Source: Bdellovibrio sp.
GTDB taxonomy: Bacteria > Bdellovibrionota > Bdellovibrionia > Bdellovibrionales > Bdellovibrionaceae
NCBI GenBank assembly: GCA_036676395.1
Contig: JAKFCY010000002.1
Span: forward strand, 384,001-448,000
DNA: 64,000 nt
Direction of reading: 5' to 3'
This document shows positions 37,537 through 47,470 of this stretch, one piece after another; the stretch's first letter is position 1, and each line of letters begins with the position of its first letter. The notes under the pieces are model-generated. The model ran no database searches and had not been told where the DNA came from. It saw only the letters and a list, made by a program, of their open reading frames with translations. The position numbers were made by a program, and so were the translations under genes.

Positions 37537-38435
37537 TCGTCTTTTTTGATTTCGATAATACGGGCTTTGATTTTTTCAGCTAAAATTTCAAGATGACGAA
37601 AGTCATCGCCGGCACGAAGCTGTAAAGCCTTTTTCTCTTCCTCTAAGCCCTTGCCATCAAGGGCTGCACTTAAAAAACGCTCAAAAGCATACACAGGGCC
37701 TGCAATTCGGTGCGAGATAAATTTTGCGACGGCAAAGAGCGAAATTGAAAATGCCAAAACCATTATACCAAATGAGACTAAAAAGGCTTTTGTGTATTCA
37801 GCATGATCATCGTAAACACCCAGTTCTTTGAGCGCCAGCTTGAAATAAGTGTACGAAAAAACCATGCAGATTAATGAAATTAATACGCCTGAAGTAATAA
37901 AAATAAAAGCATACTTTAATTGAAATTTTCTATTGATCCAAAATTTATTTCTGTAATCTTGATCTGGCCATAACTCTTTACCATCTTTAAATAAAGAAAA
38001 TATTAATAAACCGTAACCAACCCATTGAATCATATCAGCAAGATTCCAGATCGGAGTATGAAAAGTGCCAAATTGCAGACTGATAAAATCAACAACGAAA
38101 CCATAGTAAGTGCGGTCTAAGACATTACCTAAAATTCCACCGACTAATAAGGATAGTCCAAGTCTTAAGCGAAGAACTTTAACGGGCACTAAAAACTGTA
38201 AAAACGCATATAAGCTTAAAATAAAAAAGCCGCTCGTAGATAGTGTAACAACGCGAAGAAATGCAGGTAATTTAGAAAATAGGCCAAGCATAGCGCCATC
38301 ATTTTGAACCAGAATCAAATGCAGTGGGCCGATCCAGCGCTCGGGTTGTTCCCACGCCCAATTTTTCGAGGCTTGGTCGACAATTATTGCTAAAAACAGT
38401 GTTGCAACGACCAAAAGCCAATCTTTAGTTTTCAT
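37533..38435 (-). CDS. lspA: Lipoprotein signal peptidase II with a C-terminal 2TM + HAMP-like extension
   Basis: VDQASK, NDGA, GGILGNVLDR, VVDF, WNLAD; then FWINRKFQLKY..TM..TM..SHRIAGP..LRAGDDF. Confidence 0.85.
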   Translation of the reverse strand: MKTKDWLLVVATLFLAIIVDQASKNWAWEQPERWIGPLHLILVQNDGAMLGLFSKLPAFLRVVTLSTSGFFILSLYAFLQFLVPVKVLRLRLGLSLLVGGILGNVLDRTYYGFVVDFISLQFGTFHTPIWNLADMIQWVGYGLLIFSLFKDGKELWPDQDYRNKFWINRKFQLKYAFIFITSGVLISLICMVFSYTYFKLALKELGVYDDHAEYTKAFLVSFGIMVLAFSISLFAVAKFISHRIAGPVYAFERFLSAALDGKGLEEEKKALQLRAGDDFRHLEILAEKIKARIIEIKKDD

Positions 38436-38464
38436 ATTCTTATTTTGCCGATACAGTTGATAAA

Positions 38465-39865
38465 ATGAACTACATATTGCGATTATTAATTTTACTCAAC
38501 TATTGTCTAGCGATCCTGGGATCGACTTGTCTAGCGTCTCAGGCTTTCGCACAATCACTCCAGTCAGAAGTTAAAGAAATTCTAATCAAAAACAAGATTA
38601 ACCCAGATCATGTTGGTTTAGTAATTTCTTTAAAAGATCAAAACATCTACGAGAACAATCCGAAGAAATTATATATTCCGGCTTCAATTTCTAAATTATT
38701 AACTTCGTATTCAGTTTTAAAAAACATTGATCTCACACAAAAATTTAAAACTGAGTTGTATTTTGATGGTAAAAACCTATATCTCAAAGGCGGCGGAGAC
38801 CCAAGTTTTGTATCTGAAAATCTTTGGTATTTAGTCAACGAATTCACACGTCAAAAAATCGGAGTGATCAATGGCGATATCATCGTTGATGACTATTATT
38901 TTGATGATGTGCGCTTTGATGGCTCACGTGAATCAGTACGAGTTGATCGTTCTTATGATGCCCCAGTCGGCGCTATGAGTTTCAACTGGAATTCTGTTAA
39001 TATTTTTGTTAAACCCGGAGAAATAACAGATGGAAAAGCGCAAGTAGTACTTGATCCACAAAATTTATATTTCACTTTAGTTAATCAGACGACGACCCGG
39101 ACAAAAAAGCTCACACGTGAATTAATCATTGATGTAAATCAAAAAACCCGCACGATCACCGTAACTGGTGATGTGTTAAAAGGCGGGATTGAAAAAGCCT
39201 ACTATAAAAACGTGGCTGATCCAGAAATGTGGGCTGGCGAAAATCTAAAAGCCTTTTTAGCTCAAAGAAATATCGAAGTTAAAGGTAAAATTAGGCATGG
39301 TAAAACTCCGGGCAGCGCCGATAAACTGGTGACTTTCGAAAGTAAAAGTTTATCGATGATTCTTGCTGATATGAATAAATTTTCGAATAACTATGTCGCC
39401 GAGATGTTAACAAAAAATTTGGCTGCATTATCCGGTGAAACTCCTGCCACCTTATCAACTGGTGTTAAAGTTATTCAAAAAAACTTAAAAGAATTGGGCT
39501 TAGCCAAAGATGATTTTACCATGTTAAATCCCTCAGGCTTAACTCGTGATAATAAATTATCGGCGCAAGGCATGAATGTAGTCTTAAAAGCGATGCAAAA
39601 TGACTTTCGCTACTTTCCGACCTTATTAGATTCACTGCCAATTTCAGCGATTGATGGCACTCTAAAAAAACGCATGAAAAATACTGTAGCCGCAGGATTT
39701 GTGCGCGCAAAAACCGGGTATTTAGACGGCGTTGTCACTTTAGCTGGCTATGCTGGACATAAGGATGGCGATATATACCGCTTCGCGTTTCTATACAATG
39801 GTCCACAAGATGAGGCCCGCGTGCGTGAAGCTTTTGATCAAATATTGATTTCCCTATTAAAATAG
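38465..39865 (+). CDS. dacB: D-Ala-D-Ala carboxypeptidase/endopeptidase PBP4 (peptidase S13)
   Basis: PASISK (SxxK), GGGDP, SNN, SGL, KTG. Confidence 0.93.
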   Translation: MNYILRLLILLNYCLAILGSTCLASQAFAQSLQSEVKEILIKNKINPDHVGLVISLKDQNIYENNPKKLYIPASISKLLTSYSVLKNIDLTQKFKTELYFDGKNLYLKGGGDPSFVSENLWYLVNEFTRQKIGVINGDIIVDDYYFDDVRFDGSRESVRVDRSYDAPVGAMSFNWNSVNIFVKPGEITDGKAQVVLDPQNLYFTLVNQTTTRTKKLTRELIIDVNQKTRTITVTGDVLKGGIEKAYYKNVADPEMWAGENLKAFLAQRNIEVKGKIRHGKTPGSADKLVTFESKSLSMILADMNKFSNNYVAEMLTKNLAALSGETPATLSTGVKVIQKNLKELGLAKDDFTMLNPSGLTRDNKLSAQGMNVVLKAMQNDFRYFPTLLDSLPISAIDGTLKKRMKNTVAAGFVRAKTGYLDGVVTLAGYAGHKDGDIYRFAFLYNGPQDEARVREAFDQILISLLK

Positions 39866-39869
39866 ATAG

Positions 39870-40958
39870 GTGAGATATTTATTATTTATTATAGCGTGTC
39901 TAATTGGATTAAGTGCTCAAGCTTTGGTGACTCCTTGGAGTTCATCTTTGCCAAAAAAATCTAAATTTAAAGCCAATGCGGATTTGCGCGGTCGCGTAGA
40001 TTTTTGGAAAAAAATTTATTCTGAAGTTTCTGAAAATGCCGGCTTATTTCATGACCCGGATTTTCCTGAATTTACTTTTGGTGAAATCAGCTGGGAACAT
40101 ATTAAAAACGACAGAAGTTTAACGGCTGCTGAAAAAAAGAAAAAGATTAATGCTCTGATTCAGTATGAGCGCATTCGTTTGGCAGCTAAGCACAAAATTA
40201 AAGATTTAAAACGGTTACGCTTACAAACCGGTTTAAAAGAACGCATGCAAAAAGCGTTGTTTCTATCAGGTCAATATTTACCTATGATGGAAGAAGTTTT
40301 TCGTAAGAAAAAGCTGCCGATCGAATTATCGCGTCTGCCGTTTGTTGAAAGTTCATTTAATGTGAACGCACAATCGAAAGTGGGTGCGAGTGGCTTATGG
40401 CAAATTATGCCATTCGTGGCGCGCCCTGAAGGCTATATCAAACGTTATTATGATAAACGCAATCATCCGTATTACGCGACATTATTAGCCGCTGATATGT
40501 TAGGTGATAACTATCGCGCCTTAAAAAAATGGCCACTGGCAATTTCAGCTTACAATCATGGTTTAGGCGGAATCAAAAAAATGGTGCGCGTAAGCCAGTC
40601 AAATTATTTGCCAGATTTGATCGGTTCTGAAGACAGAACAAAAAGTTGGGGATTTGCCTCTGAAAATTTTTACGCCTGCTTTTTAGCCGCATTAGAAGTG
40701 GAAAGAGAAGCTAAGTCTTTATTTGGCGATGATATCTTAAAGGCCCAACCGATGGCGATGAATCGTGTGGTCACGAAAAAAGCAACTCCTAAAAAAGAAG
40801 CGTTAAAATATTTCAATGGTAGTCTTGTCAAGATGAAGAAATACAACCCGCATTTAAATATGTCTGCTTTTAAAAAGACGAAAATGATTCCGTCGGGGGT
40901 GCCTTTAATCTTACCAAAAAAAGCCAGCACCAAATTCTTTAAAACCGCTGGGCGATAA
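39870..40958 (+). CDS. Lytic transglycosylase (SLT/MltD-like)
   Basis: LPFVESSF, GASGLWQIM, AYNHG. Confidence 0.9.
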   Translation: MRYLLFIIACLIGLSAQALVTPWSSSLPKKSKFKANADLRGRVDFWKKIYSEVSENAGLFHDPDFPEFTFGEISWEHIKNDRSLTAAEKKKKINALIQYERIRLAAKHKIKDLKRLRLQTGLKERMQKALFLSGQYLPMMEEVFRKKKLPIELSRLPFVESSFNVNAQSKVGASGLWQIMPFVARPEGYIKRYYDKRNHPYYATLLAADMLGDNYRALKKWPLAISAYNHGLGGIKKMVRVSQSNYLPDLIGSEDRTKSWGFASENFYACFLAALEVEREAKSLFGDDILKAQPMAMNRVVTKKATPKKEALKYFNGSLVKMKKYNPHLNMSAFKKTKMIPSGVPLILPKKASTKFFKTAGR

Positions 40959-40960
40959 AA

Positions 40961-41407
40961 TTAAAGTAAAGTTGCGCAGTTTGATTTTAAATAGCGTCCT
41001 TTTTCAGGAAAACGAAAAAGTTTCGCCATTTTTTCACAGGTCGCTTTTTTCATGCTCGCTTCAAATTGCGAGTAGCAGTTAAATAAAGCAGCATCATGAT
41101 TTTCTGCATCGGTGAATAAACGTGCTTTGCCGACACAAGAATTTAAATTCGGAAATTCTGAAATATGATAAAAACAGTAAGAGCGTACATTTTCTTTAAG
41201 GTAGTTTGATTTAATGGCCTTAGCCTGGTCAAAGCAGCTGGCAAGAGTCATGTGTTTTGATGTCTTGCCTAAACACGCCTGAATCTCGTTAGGCTGATCA
41301 TCTAGACACTTTTCTAAAGAAGTGATGCTAGCAAACCCTGTCGTTAATAACATGACTGTGGTCAGGATAACGGTTGATAGGGCGGTCTTAATATTACGGT
41401 AATTCAT
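40961..41407 (-). CDS. Secreted Cys-rich protein with three 33-aa C-x19-C repeats
   Basis: Signal peptide; regular Cys pairs; ORF opens at 41461 but the promoter places the start at 41407. Confidence 0.75.
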   Translation of the reverse strand: MNYRNIKTALSTVILTTVMLLTTGFASITSLEKCLDDQPNEIQACLGKTSKHMTLASCFDQAKAIKSNYLKENVRSYCFYHISEFPNLNSCVGKARLFTDAENHDAALFNCYSQFEASMKKATCEKMAKLFRFPEKGRYLKSNCATLL

Positions 41408-41431
41408 TACGTCCAACATACTTTGGGATTT

Positions 41432-41447
41432 TGCATGAAACGTTCCA
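41432..41447 (-). promoter_or_regulatory. Sigma54 promoter
   Basis: Minus strand TGGAACGTTTCATGCA (GG-N10-GC). Confidence 0.6.
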
Positions 41448-41572
41448 TGTTGAAACAGCATTAGTTGCTTATGGGCGTTTTAACCGTAGTAGGGCTTTAG
41501 ACAGTGGCCAAGAATTGTCAGTCACAGTGTTAAATATTTACGCCAAATCAAATATATTAGATTTAGCTGTGA

Positions 41573-42763
41573 ATGTGCCTATTTTTTGAGTATTACAGAG
41601 GCATGAGCACAGTTGTTAGAAGCCTTTTGGCGTTATTTACCATTTCATTTCTTATGATCTCGTTGGCTGAAGCCAAAGGGGAAAAATCCACGCTTTCGTT
41701 GCTGGCAAGAACTTCTTCTGAGGCATTTCAGAACTTTGAAAAAGACGGCCTCAATAATTCGCAAGTCGCTTTAGATTATTTATTTTTAAAACTTGAGAAA
41801 AAACAAAACTTTCAATTACTAACCGACAAAGAATTAGAAATACTGCAGTTCGATGTCATCACTCAAAAAGTTTTATCTTTTTTAAATCGTTCGAATTTAG
41901 CATTTAATCTTCCGATCAATTATAAACTGCGTAAACAAATGCAGTTTGAATTCTATGGTTTAAGCCAGGCGATCAAAAAAGCTAATGAATTAAATCTAAC
42001 AGTGCAATCAGAGCACTTTGATAAATTGCACGATATGTTAATGGGACAAAGTTCTGGTCTTTTTTATACGTCGGCTAAAGATAAGAAAAAAACCGATTTA
42101 TTTTTAACAGCTTATTATTTGCACGAACTTGAATATCCCATGGATATGACAGCTCGCCATTTAGAGGCTTTAAAGAAAACCTCTAAATGGAATTTTAATA
42201 CGAAGTTATATGCTTCAAAAATTGCGCGTTTGTCTTTACAAGGAGGAGTGCAGTTAAATAAGTTAACTTCAAAGCAAACTGATAGCCTGTACGAAGCAAG
42301 TCTTTTGACTCCGTTAGGCGAAGCAGCCAAGCTGAACATCCAAAAAATTTACTTAAAACAACTGCAAATGATCGGTGACCAAGAAAAAATTCTACAAGTG
42401 AAACGCGAGCTAGCATCATCAATTCTATGGCAAGAAGCTAGAAATGTGTTCTCGCATCCAACAGGCATTTTTAAATTTATTCAGTTTTGTGTAGGATATG
42501 TATTTATCGCTTGGCCGCTGGAAGTGATTATGATTTTAGTTTCACTTGTGATTTTTGGATTTCAGGCTTCGACGGTATTGTCACCTGAAGAAAAAGTAAA
42601 AAAGAACTTCGGAAAAAAATTATGGTTAGTGTTTCAGAAAGCGTATCTTGGAAGTAACGTGCCCTTTTTTACTAAACTTGCGGCATCGTTGATTTTATTC
42701 GGAGTAGGTCTCTACTTCAATTCTGCGAAGAATTTCGTAGAGACCATGATAACAAATTTTTAA
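41573..42763 (+). CDS. Hypothetical membrane protein (signal peptide, helical periplasmic domain, C-terminal TMs)
   Basis: 396-aa ORF; likely start at MSTVVR; AEA cleavage site; C-terminal hydrophobic helices. Confidence 0.7.
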   Translation: MCLFFEYYRGMSTVVRSLLALFTISFLMISLAEAKGEKSTLSLLARTSSEAFQNFEKDGLNNSQVALDYLFLKLEKKQNFQLLTDKELEILQFDVITQKVLSFLNRSNLAFNLPINYKLRKQMQFEFYGLSQAIKKANELNLTVQSEHFDKLHDMLMGQSSGLFYTSAKDKKKTDLFLTAYYLHELEYPMDMTARHLEALKKTSKWNFNTKLYASKIARLSLQGGVQLNKLTSKQTDSLYEASLLTPLGEAAKLNIQKIYLKQLQMIGDQEKILQVKRELASSILWQEARNVFSHPTGIFKFIQFCVGYVFIAWPLEVIMILVSLVIFGFQASTVLSPEEKVKKNFGKKLWLVFQKAYLGSNVPFFTKLAASLILFGVGLYFNSAKNFVETMITNF

Positions 42764-44037
42764 GGAGTCGGCGTTGGGCTAATGGGCCCGATGCTTACAG
42801 CAATAGTACGGTATGGGTTATCTGCATAGTCTAATAAGTATAAGCAAGGCTCAACATTCTTGTTAAATACCGGTTGAATCACTCCTGCTCCTGGATAGAA
42901 CCCGCCGCCACCAAAGCCTCCTGAGTTTGCAGAAGGATCTAATTCAAATGTGAATGCGAAAATCTTGTGTTCGCCGTAAGCCCAATCAGTAGTATCGCCG
43001 CTGGCGATATAAAGATCAGAAGCTTGTTGTGGTGCGTACTTGTTCCATTCAGCCATTTTTTTGGCCATCGTTTCATGAACTTTTAAATCATTACCCGTTT
43101 CGATGCTGTCATATTTGTGACCCCATGGATAAAGAATCAACTGCGAATACGTATGAAACGAAAGTAAGATTGAAATGTTCGTGTGAGCTTCAACGTAATT
43201 TTTAATATTCAGAGTTTCTGGCTCAGAGAATGGTTTTGTTCCCATATAGGTGTCGTTGTTCGGATTCGTTGAAGAACCGCCAGTGCCCCATTTAAAACTA
43301 TAATTACGATTTAAATCTGTACCGAAAGTTCCGTTAGCATTCTTTGAACGGTTTTTTCTCCACATCTTGTAGCTGCCATCCTGAATGTCGTATTCAGCAC
43401 CATCCGGATTTACCATAGGAACGATATGGATATCACGGTTATTCATTAAGCCAACAATACGCTCGTTGCCAGCTTTATATTGAGCTACCAAATACTGCGC
43501 TAACATCAATGGCATTTCCATTGATAAATGTTCGCGGGCATGATGTCCACCCATGTAGATGACTGCTGGCTTTTCTGAGGCGTGTGATTGGTCAGCGCCT
43601 AAGCGCAGAACCCATGTTTCGCGGCCTTCAGTTGATTTACCAATTGAACTCATTGTAACTAATGTTGGATTTTCATTAGCCAGTTTAGTTAGTTCAGCCG
43701 TCATCTCAGTGTAGTTATGATAAGCTGAATCTTTTTGCGGAAAATCTTTTCCACCAAAGCGTACTTCATCGGCTAAGTTTGAATAAGAAATTAACCAGCC
43801 TAGTTTTTGAATTTTCTTTAAATCATCGTCGTTACCAAAAGCTACGACATAATCGTCTTTCGCATTTTCGATGCCGACGATGTTAGCGATGACCGAGCGC
43901 TCGAATTTATCTTTAGCGCGGATTTTCATCCAGTAACGTTGGTTTGAAGTTGATTGCGCGAATTGCACAACAGAAACTGCGATTAAAATCACAGCGGCTA
44001 ACAACGCCGATTTTTTGATGTTGAACTTGACTGACAT
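42760..44037 (-). CDS. Secreted M14 zinc carboxypeptidase (carboxypeptidase T-like)
   Basis: GHHARE, NPDG, WRKNR, DLNRN, FSEPET, HTYS, FTFEL. Confidence 0.93.
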   Translation of the reverse strand: MSVKFNIKKSALLAAVILIAVSVVQFAQSTSNQRYWMKIRAKDKFERSVIANIVGIENAKDDYVVAFGNDDDLKKIQKLGWLISYSNLADEVRFGGKDFPQKDSAYHNYTEMTAELTKLANENPTLVTMSSIGKSTEGRETWVLRLGADQSHASEKPAVIYMGGHHAREHLSMEMPLMLAQYLVAQYKAGNERIVGLMNNRDIHIVPMVNPDGAEYDIQDGSYKMWRKNRSKNANGTFGTDLNRNYSFKWGTGGSSTNPNNDTYMGTKPFSEPETLNIKNYVEAHTNISILLSFHTYSQLILYPWGHKYDSIETGNDLKVHETMAKKMAEWNKYAPQQASDLYIASGDTTDWAYGEHKIFAFTFELDPSANSGGFGGGGFYPGAGVIQPVFNKNVEPCLYLLDYADNPYRTIAVSIGPISPTPTP

Positions 44038-44125
44038 TATGATCCCTTCCGTGGGTGATAATAGTTAGTTTGTTTATAAACTTAACTATTACGGTAGCAC
44101 GAAAGTCCTGCCTGTCTAGTAAACA

Positions 44126-44461
44126 TTAGTTTGATTGGTTAGAAAAAAGAATATGCGTCAGTTTATCCTGAAGTTCTTCACGCTTTAAAAACGTGACGCC
44201 AACACCTAGACCTTTGGCCCAGATGACCTCACAGTCCACAACATGAACTCTATTTAAACTGCGTAAATTAATTGTGACGCGAGCAATGTCGCCTTTTTTC
44301 ACGACGAAATTTGGGCTTAATACCTCGAAAAAGGCGCCAGAAGCAGAAAGGTTTCCCATCTTAGTAAAGATTTTTCCACCCTTACCATAGATTTCTATGT
44401 GAGCTAATTCTTGTGTGACAAAGCGGCGGGCGACTTGTTGATTTGTATTTTGATTATTCAT
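44126..44461 (-). CDS. Stand-alone PilZ-domain protein
   Basis: ARRF..., NLSASGAF, VIW..GVGVTF; GGGAG SD; ORF opens at 44473. Confidence 0.8.
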   Translation of the reverse strand: MNNQNTNQQVARRFVTQELAHIEIYGKGGKIFTKMGNLSASGAFFEVLSPNFVVKKGDIARVTINLRSLNRVHVVDCEVIWAKGLGVGVTFLKREELQDKLTHILFSNQSN

Positions 44462-44549
44462 AACTGCTCCCAATGACCGAATACGTATATAGTTTAAATC
44501 GGTTTTTCTAAGAGCAATATTTAATTTTTTTTATTGTAACAATCGTCAA

Positions 44550-45047
44550 TTATTTCGACGTTTTTTGCCAAATTTCATAAGCTAGACCGGGATGAACCTC
44601 AGACATTTGGCGATTTCGCAAAGAAAACCCTTCATTAAAATTATCAGGATAAAACGTATCACCCTCAAACTGGCCTGGGATGCGCGTTACATAGAGCAGG
44701 TCGCATTGTGTGCGTGTTTGCTTATAGATCTCGGCGCCGCCAACAACCATGACTTCTTCGGGGTATTCGCCTATTTTAGTTTTAGCAAATTCGATGGCTT
44801 CTTCAATCGTCTGTACGAAATGAACATTCGGAAATTCAGATTTAAGCGGAGTGCGTGAAATCACAATGTGAAATCTTTTTGGCAGTGGTTTACCCAATGA
44901 ATCGTAAGTTTTACGACCCATGATCATGATTTTACCCAAGGTTTGAGCCTTGAAGTATTTTAAATCTTCAGGAAAGTGCCACAGAAGCTTGTTGTCTTTA
45001 CCAATGGCAAAGTTTTCAGATGTGGCAACGATTTGCGATAAGATCAT
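44550..45047 (-). CDS. folA: Dihydrofolate reductase
   Basis: IGKDNKLLW, DLKYFK, MGRKTYDS..PLPKR, GGAEIY, GDTFYP. Confidence 0.96.
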   Translation of the reverse strand: MILSQIVATSENFAIGKDNKLLWHFPEDLKYFKAQTLGKIMIMGRKTYDSLGKPLPKRFHIVISRTPLKSEFPNVHFVQTIEEAIEFAKTKIGEYPEEVMVVGGAEIYKQTRTQCDLLYVTRIPGQFEGDTFYPDNFNEGFSLRNRQMSEVHPGLAYEIWQKTSK

Positions 45048-45841
45048 TAAATGGCAACCTCGCCCTTAATAGCAGGGTGTGGATCATAGCCAACGATTTC
45101 GATGTCTTCGTATTTAAAATCAAAAATACTTTTTACATTAGGATTTAATTTTAATTTCGGAAGCGGTCTGCATTCGCGCGACAATTGTAATTTCACCTGG
45201 TCTAAATGATTTGAATAAATATGAGCATCACCTAAAGTGTGAATAAATTCTCCCACTTCAAGATTACAAACTTGCGCCACCATATGAACTAAAAGCGCGT
45301 AACTTGCGATATTGAACGGAACACCTAAAAAGATATCTGCACTTCGTTGGTAAAGCTGACAAGAAAGTTTTCCGTCGGCCACATAAAATTGAAAAAAGGC
45401 ATGGCAAGGTGGTAAAGCCATTTTGTTAATATCAGCAGGGTTGAATGCCACAACTAACAAACGGCGAGAATCCGGATTTTTTTTGATTTCTTCAATTACA
45501 TTACTGAATTGATCAATTGTTGTTCCGTCAGCGCCTTCCCATGAACGCCATTGTTTGCCGTACACGGGGCCTAGATCGCCGTTTTCGTCAGCCCATTCAT
45601 CCCAGATAGAAACTTTGTTGTCTTTTAAGTATTTGATATTTGTTTCGCCTTTGATGAACCATAATAGTTCATGAAAGATCGAACGGGTGTGAAGTTTTTT
45701 AGTGGTTAAAAGAGGAAAACCTTTTTGCAGGTCGAAACGCATTTGGTAACCAAACACACTAATAGTGCCTGTGCCTGTGCGGTCTGATTTTACTGTGCCT
45801 TCAGTTAAGACGTGACGTAGAAGATCGTGGTATTGTTTCAT
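45047..45841 (-). CDS. thyA: Thymidylate synthase
   Basis: [31 protein letters not shown]. Confidence 0.98.
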   Translation of the reverse strand: MKQYHDLLRHVLTEGTVKSDRTGTGTISVFGYQMRFDLQKGFPLLTTKKLHTRSIFHELLWFIKGETNIKYLKDNKVSIWDEWADENGDLGPVYGKQWRSWEGADGTTIDQFSNVIEEIKKNPDSRRLLVVAFNPADINKMALPPCHAFFQFYVADGKLSCQLYQRSADIFLGVPFNIASYALLVHMVAQVCNLEVGEFIHTLGDAHIYSNHLDQVKLQLSRECRPLPKLKLNPNVKSIFDFKYEDIEIVGYDPHPAIKGEVAI

Positions 45842-45922
45842 CGGGATAACCTCTCTTGTATGAAATTATCCGTGAAAACTAGCGCTGCTGTCGAGAAGAC
45901 CGCAACGCACTATTAAAAAAAA

Positions 45923-46147
45923 TTACTTATTTTTTTTATCTTTCTTTTTAAGCTTTTTCGCACGGACTGCGGCTTTGCTGACCGCTGCTGTTTGCTCAGT
46001 CGTAGGTTTTACGATTGTGCCTTTAATATCTTCAACTTTTTCCTTAACTTCTTCGTTCGGTTGTTGAGGAGCTGTAGCCACAGGCGGATCAACAGCTAAA
46101 GCGGATACGGAAAATGCTAAAACAAGAGCTGATATAAATAATTTCAT
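45923..46147 (-). CDS. Small secreted protein with a basic C-terminus
   Basis: AGGAGA SD; signal peptide ending ALA. Confidence 0.65.
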   Translation of the reverse strand: MKLFISALVLAFSVSALAVDPPVATAPQQPNEEVKEKVEDIKGTIVKPTTEQTAAVSKAAVRAKKLKKKDKKNK

Positions 46148-46156
46148 ACGGATCTC

Positions 46157-46693
46157 CTATTGAAAATTTTGAACTTGAGCAATGTATGGAAGATTACGGT
46201 AGTAACCTTGGTAATCTAAACCGTAACCAACAACGAATTCGTTCGTGATTTGGAAGCCAACGTAATCAAGTTTACATGGAACTTTTAAGGCTTCAGGTTT
46301 TTCTAGTAAAGTCACTGTCGTCACAGAAGCTGGGTTACGTGATTCGATAGATTTTTTTAAGTAATTCATTGTTAGACCCGTATCAACGATGTCTTCAACT
46401 AAAATCACGTGTACGCCTTCGATCGGGCTTGAAAGATCTAAAGTCACTTTCACTTCGCCAGAAGAAGTCGTTCCGCCGTGGTAGCTTGATACCCCGAAAA
46501 ATTCACACGTGATATCAGTGTTAATTTGACGAATTAAATCAGAGTAAAATAAAAATGAACCTTTTAGAACACAAACTGCGACAACTTTTTGGCCTTTAAA
46601 CTTCGCCGTTAATTGTTCGCCGATTTGTTTTACTTTCTCTTGGATTTTTTCTTCAGAGATATAAGATTTTAGATTTAAGCTCTTTGGATTCAT
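46157..46693 (-). CDS. hpt: Hypoxanthine phosphoribosyltransferase
   Basis: VLKGS, VSSY, VEDIVDTGLT, FVVGYGLD, RNLPYI. Confidence 0.96.
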   Translation of the reverse strand: MNPKSLNLKSYISEEKIQEKVKQIGEQLTAKFKGQKVVAVCVLKGSFLFYSDLIRQINTDITCEFFGVSSYHGGTTSSGEVKVTLDLSSPIEGVHVILVEDIVDTGLTMNYLKKSIESRNPASVTTVTLLEKPEALKVPCKLDYVGFQITNEFVVGYGLDYQGYYRNLPYIAQVQNFQ

Positions 46694-46702
46694 GCGCAGT
46701 CC

Positions 46703-47461
46703 TCACACAAAAGAATTATTTAATAACTCACCAAGGCCACCGGCCCCAGGAATAATGTATTGCTTGTCATTCAACCCTTTTTCTTGGCCCCAGTAAAGGC
46801 CTAAAGGTGATTTTAAGACGTGCGCCGGGGATAAACCGCGGTCTACGCGCAGAGCAAAAACCTGCAATGGGGCTTTAATAGATTGAATTCTTTTTAAGTA
46901 CTCAGGAGTCACAATCAAGTGCAGGGCGATAAAGCTTTTAGCCGGACCTTGCACTTCATTGCGGTAGTACTCGATAGCCGTTTCGATAGTTCCACCGGTA
47001 GCTCCCATCGGATCCGGAAATAACACATAACTGTTTTCAATGCTCCCGCCGATTTTAAAGCTACCTAGGTTCGTTCCTGTCACGGTTTGGCTAGAGTCAG
47101 TAGTGCGGGCCGCAAAGATATGATCTTGTCTTACGTTTTCAGCATTTAAGAACCAATGTAGATATTCATAGCAAATATGACTTGGGTAAGTGCCGGCACG
47201 GGCTAAATTTACCGTTACAGCTTTTGTATCAGAAGCCAACGTTTCAGCCGTTAGAGTTTCACCCATACGGGTTTTAACTTCGGCTTTAGTTTTTGGAAAT
47301 AGTGCGTTGGCCGTATGTACAATTAAACCGTTATAGATCAGTTGCACTAAACGATTAATTTGCGGCTGCGCGGTTTTGGCTTGGCAAAGTTCAGTCAATA
47401 AAGTTTGTAAAAATGGGTCATCGATTAAATGAAAATTGGGGCCATAGTGATGTTCTTGCAT
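46703..47461 (-). CDS. upp: Uracil phosphoribosyltransferase-like protein
   Basis: ARAG, DPMGATGGT, GLNDKQYIIPGAG. Confidence 0.7.
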   Translation of the reverse strand: MQEHHYGPNFHLIDDPFLQTLLTELCQAKTAQPQINRLVQLIYNGLIVHTANALFPKTKAEVKTRMGETLTAETLASDTKAVTVNLARAGTYPSHICYEYLHWFLNAENVRQDHIFAARTTDSSQTVTGTNLGSFKIGGSIENSYVLFPDPMGATGGTIETAIEYYRNEVQGPAKSFIALHLIVTPEYLKRIQSIKAPLQVFALRVDRGLSPAHVLKSPLGLYWGQEKGLNDKQYIIPGAGGLGELLNNSFV

Positions 47462-47470
47462 GTAAATTAA

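Noticed and set aside
38465..40958. dacB-SLT as prey-wall-attacking enzymes
   Set aside because: No adjacent ankyrin self-protection gene and a core-genome context, so more likely the housekeeping PBP4; phylogeny would be needed
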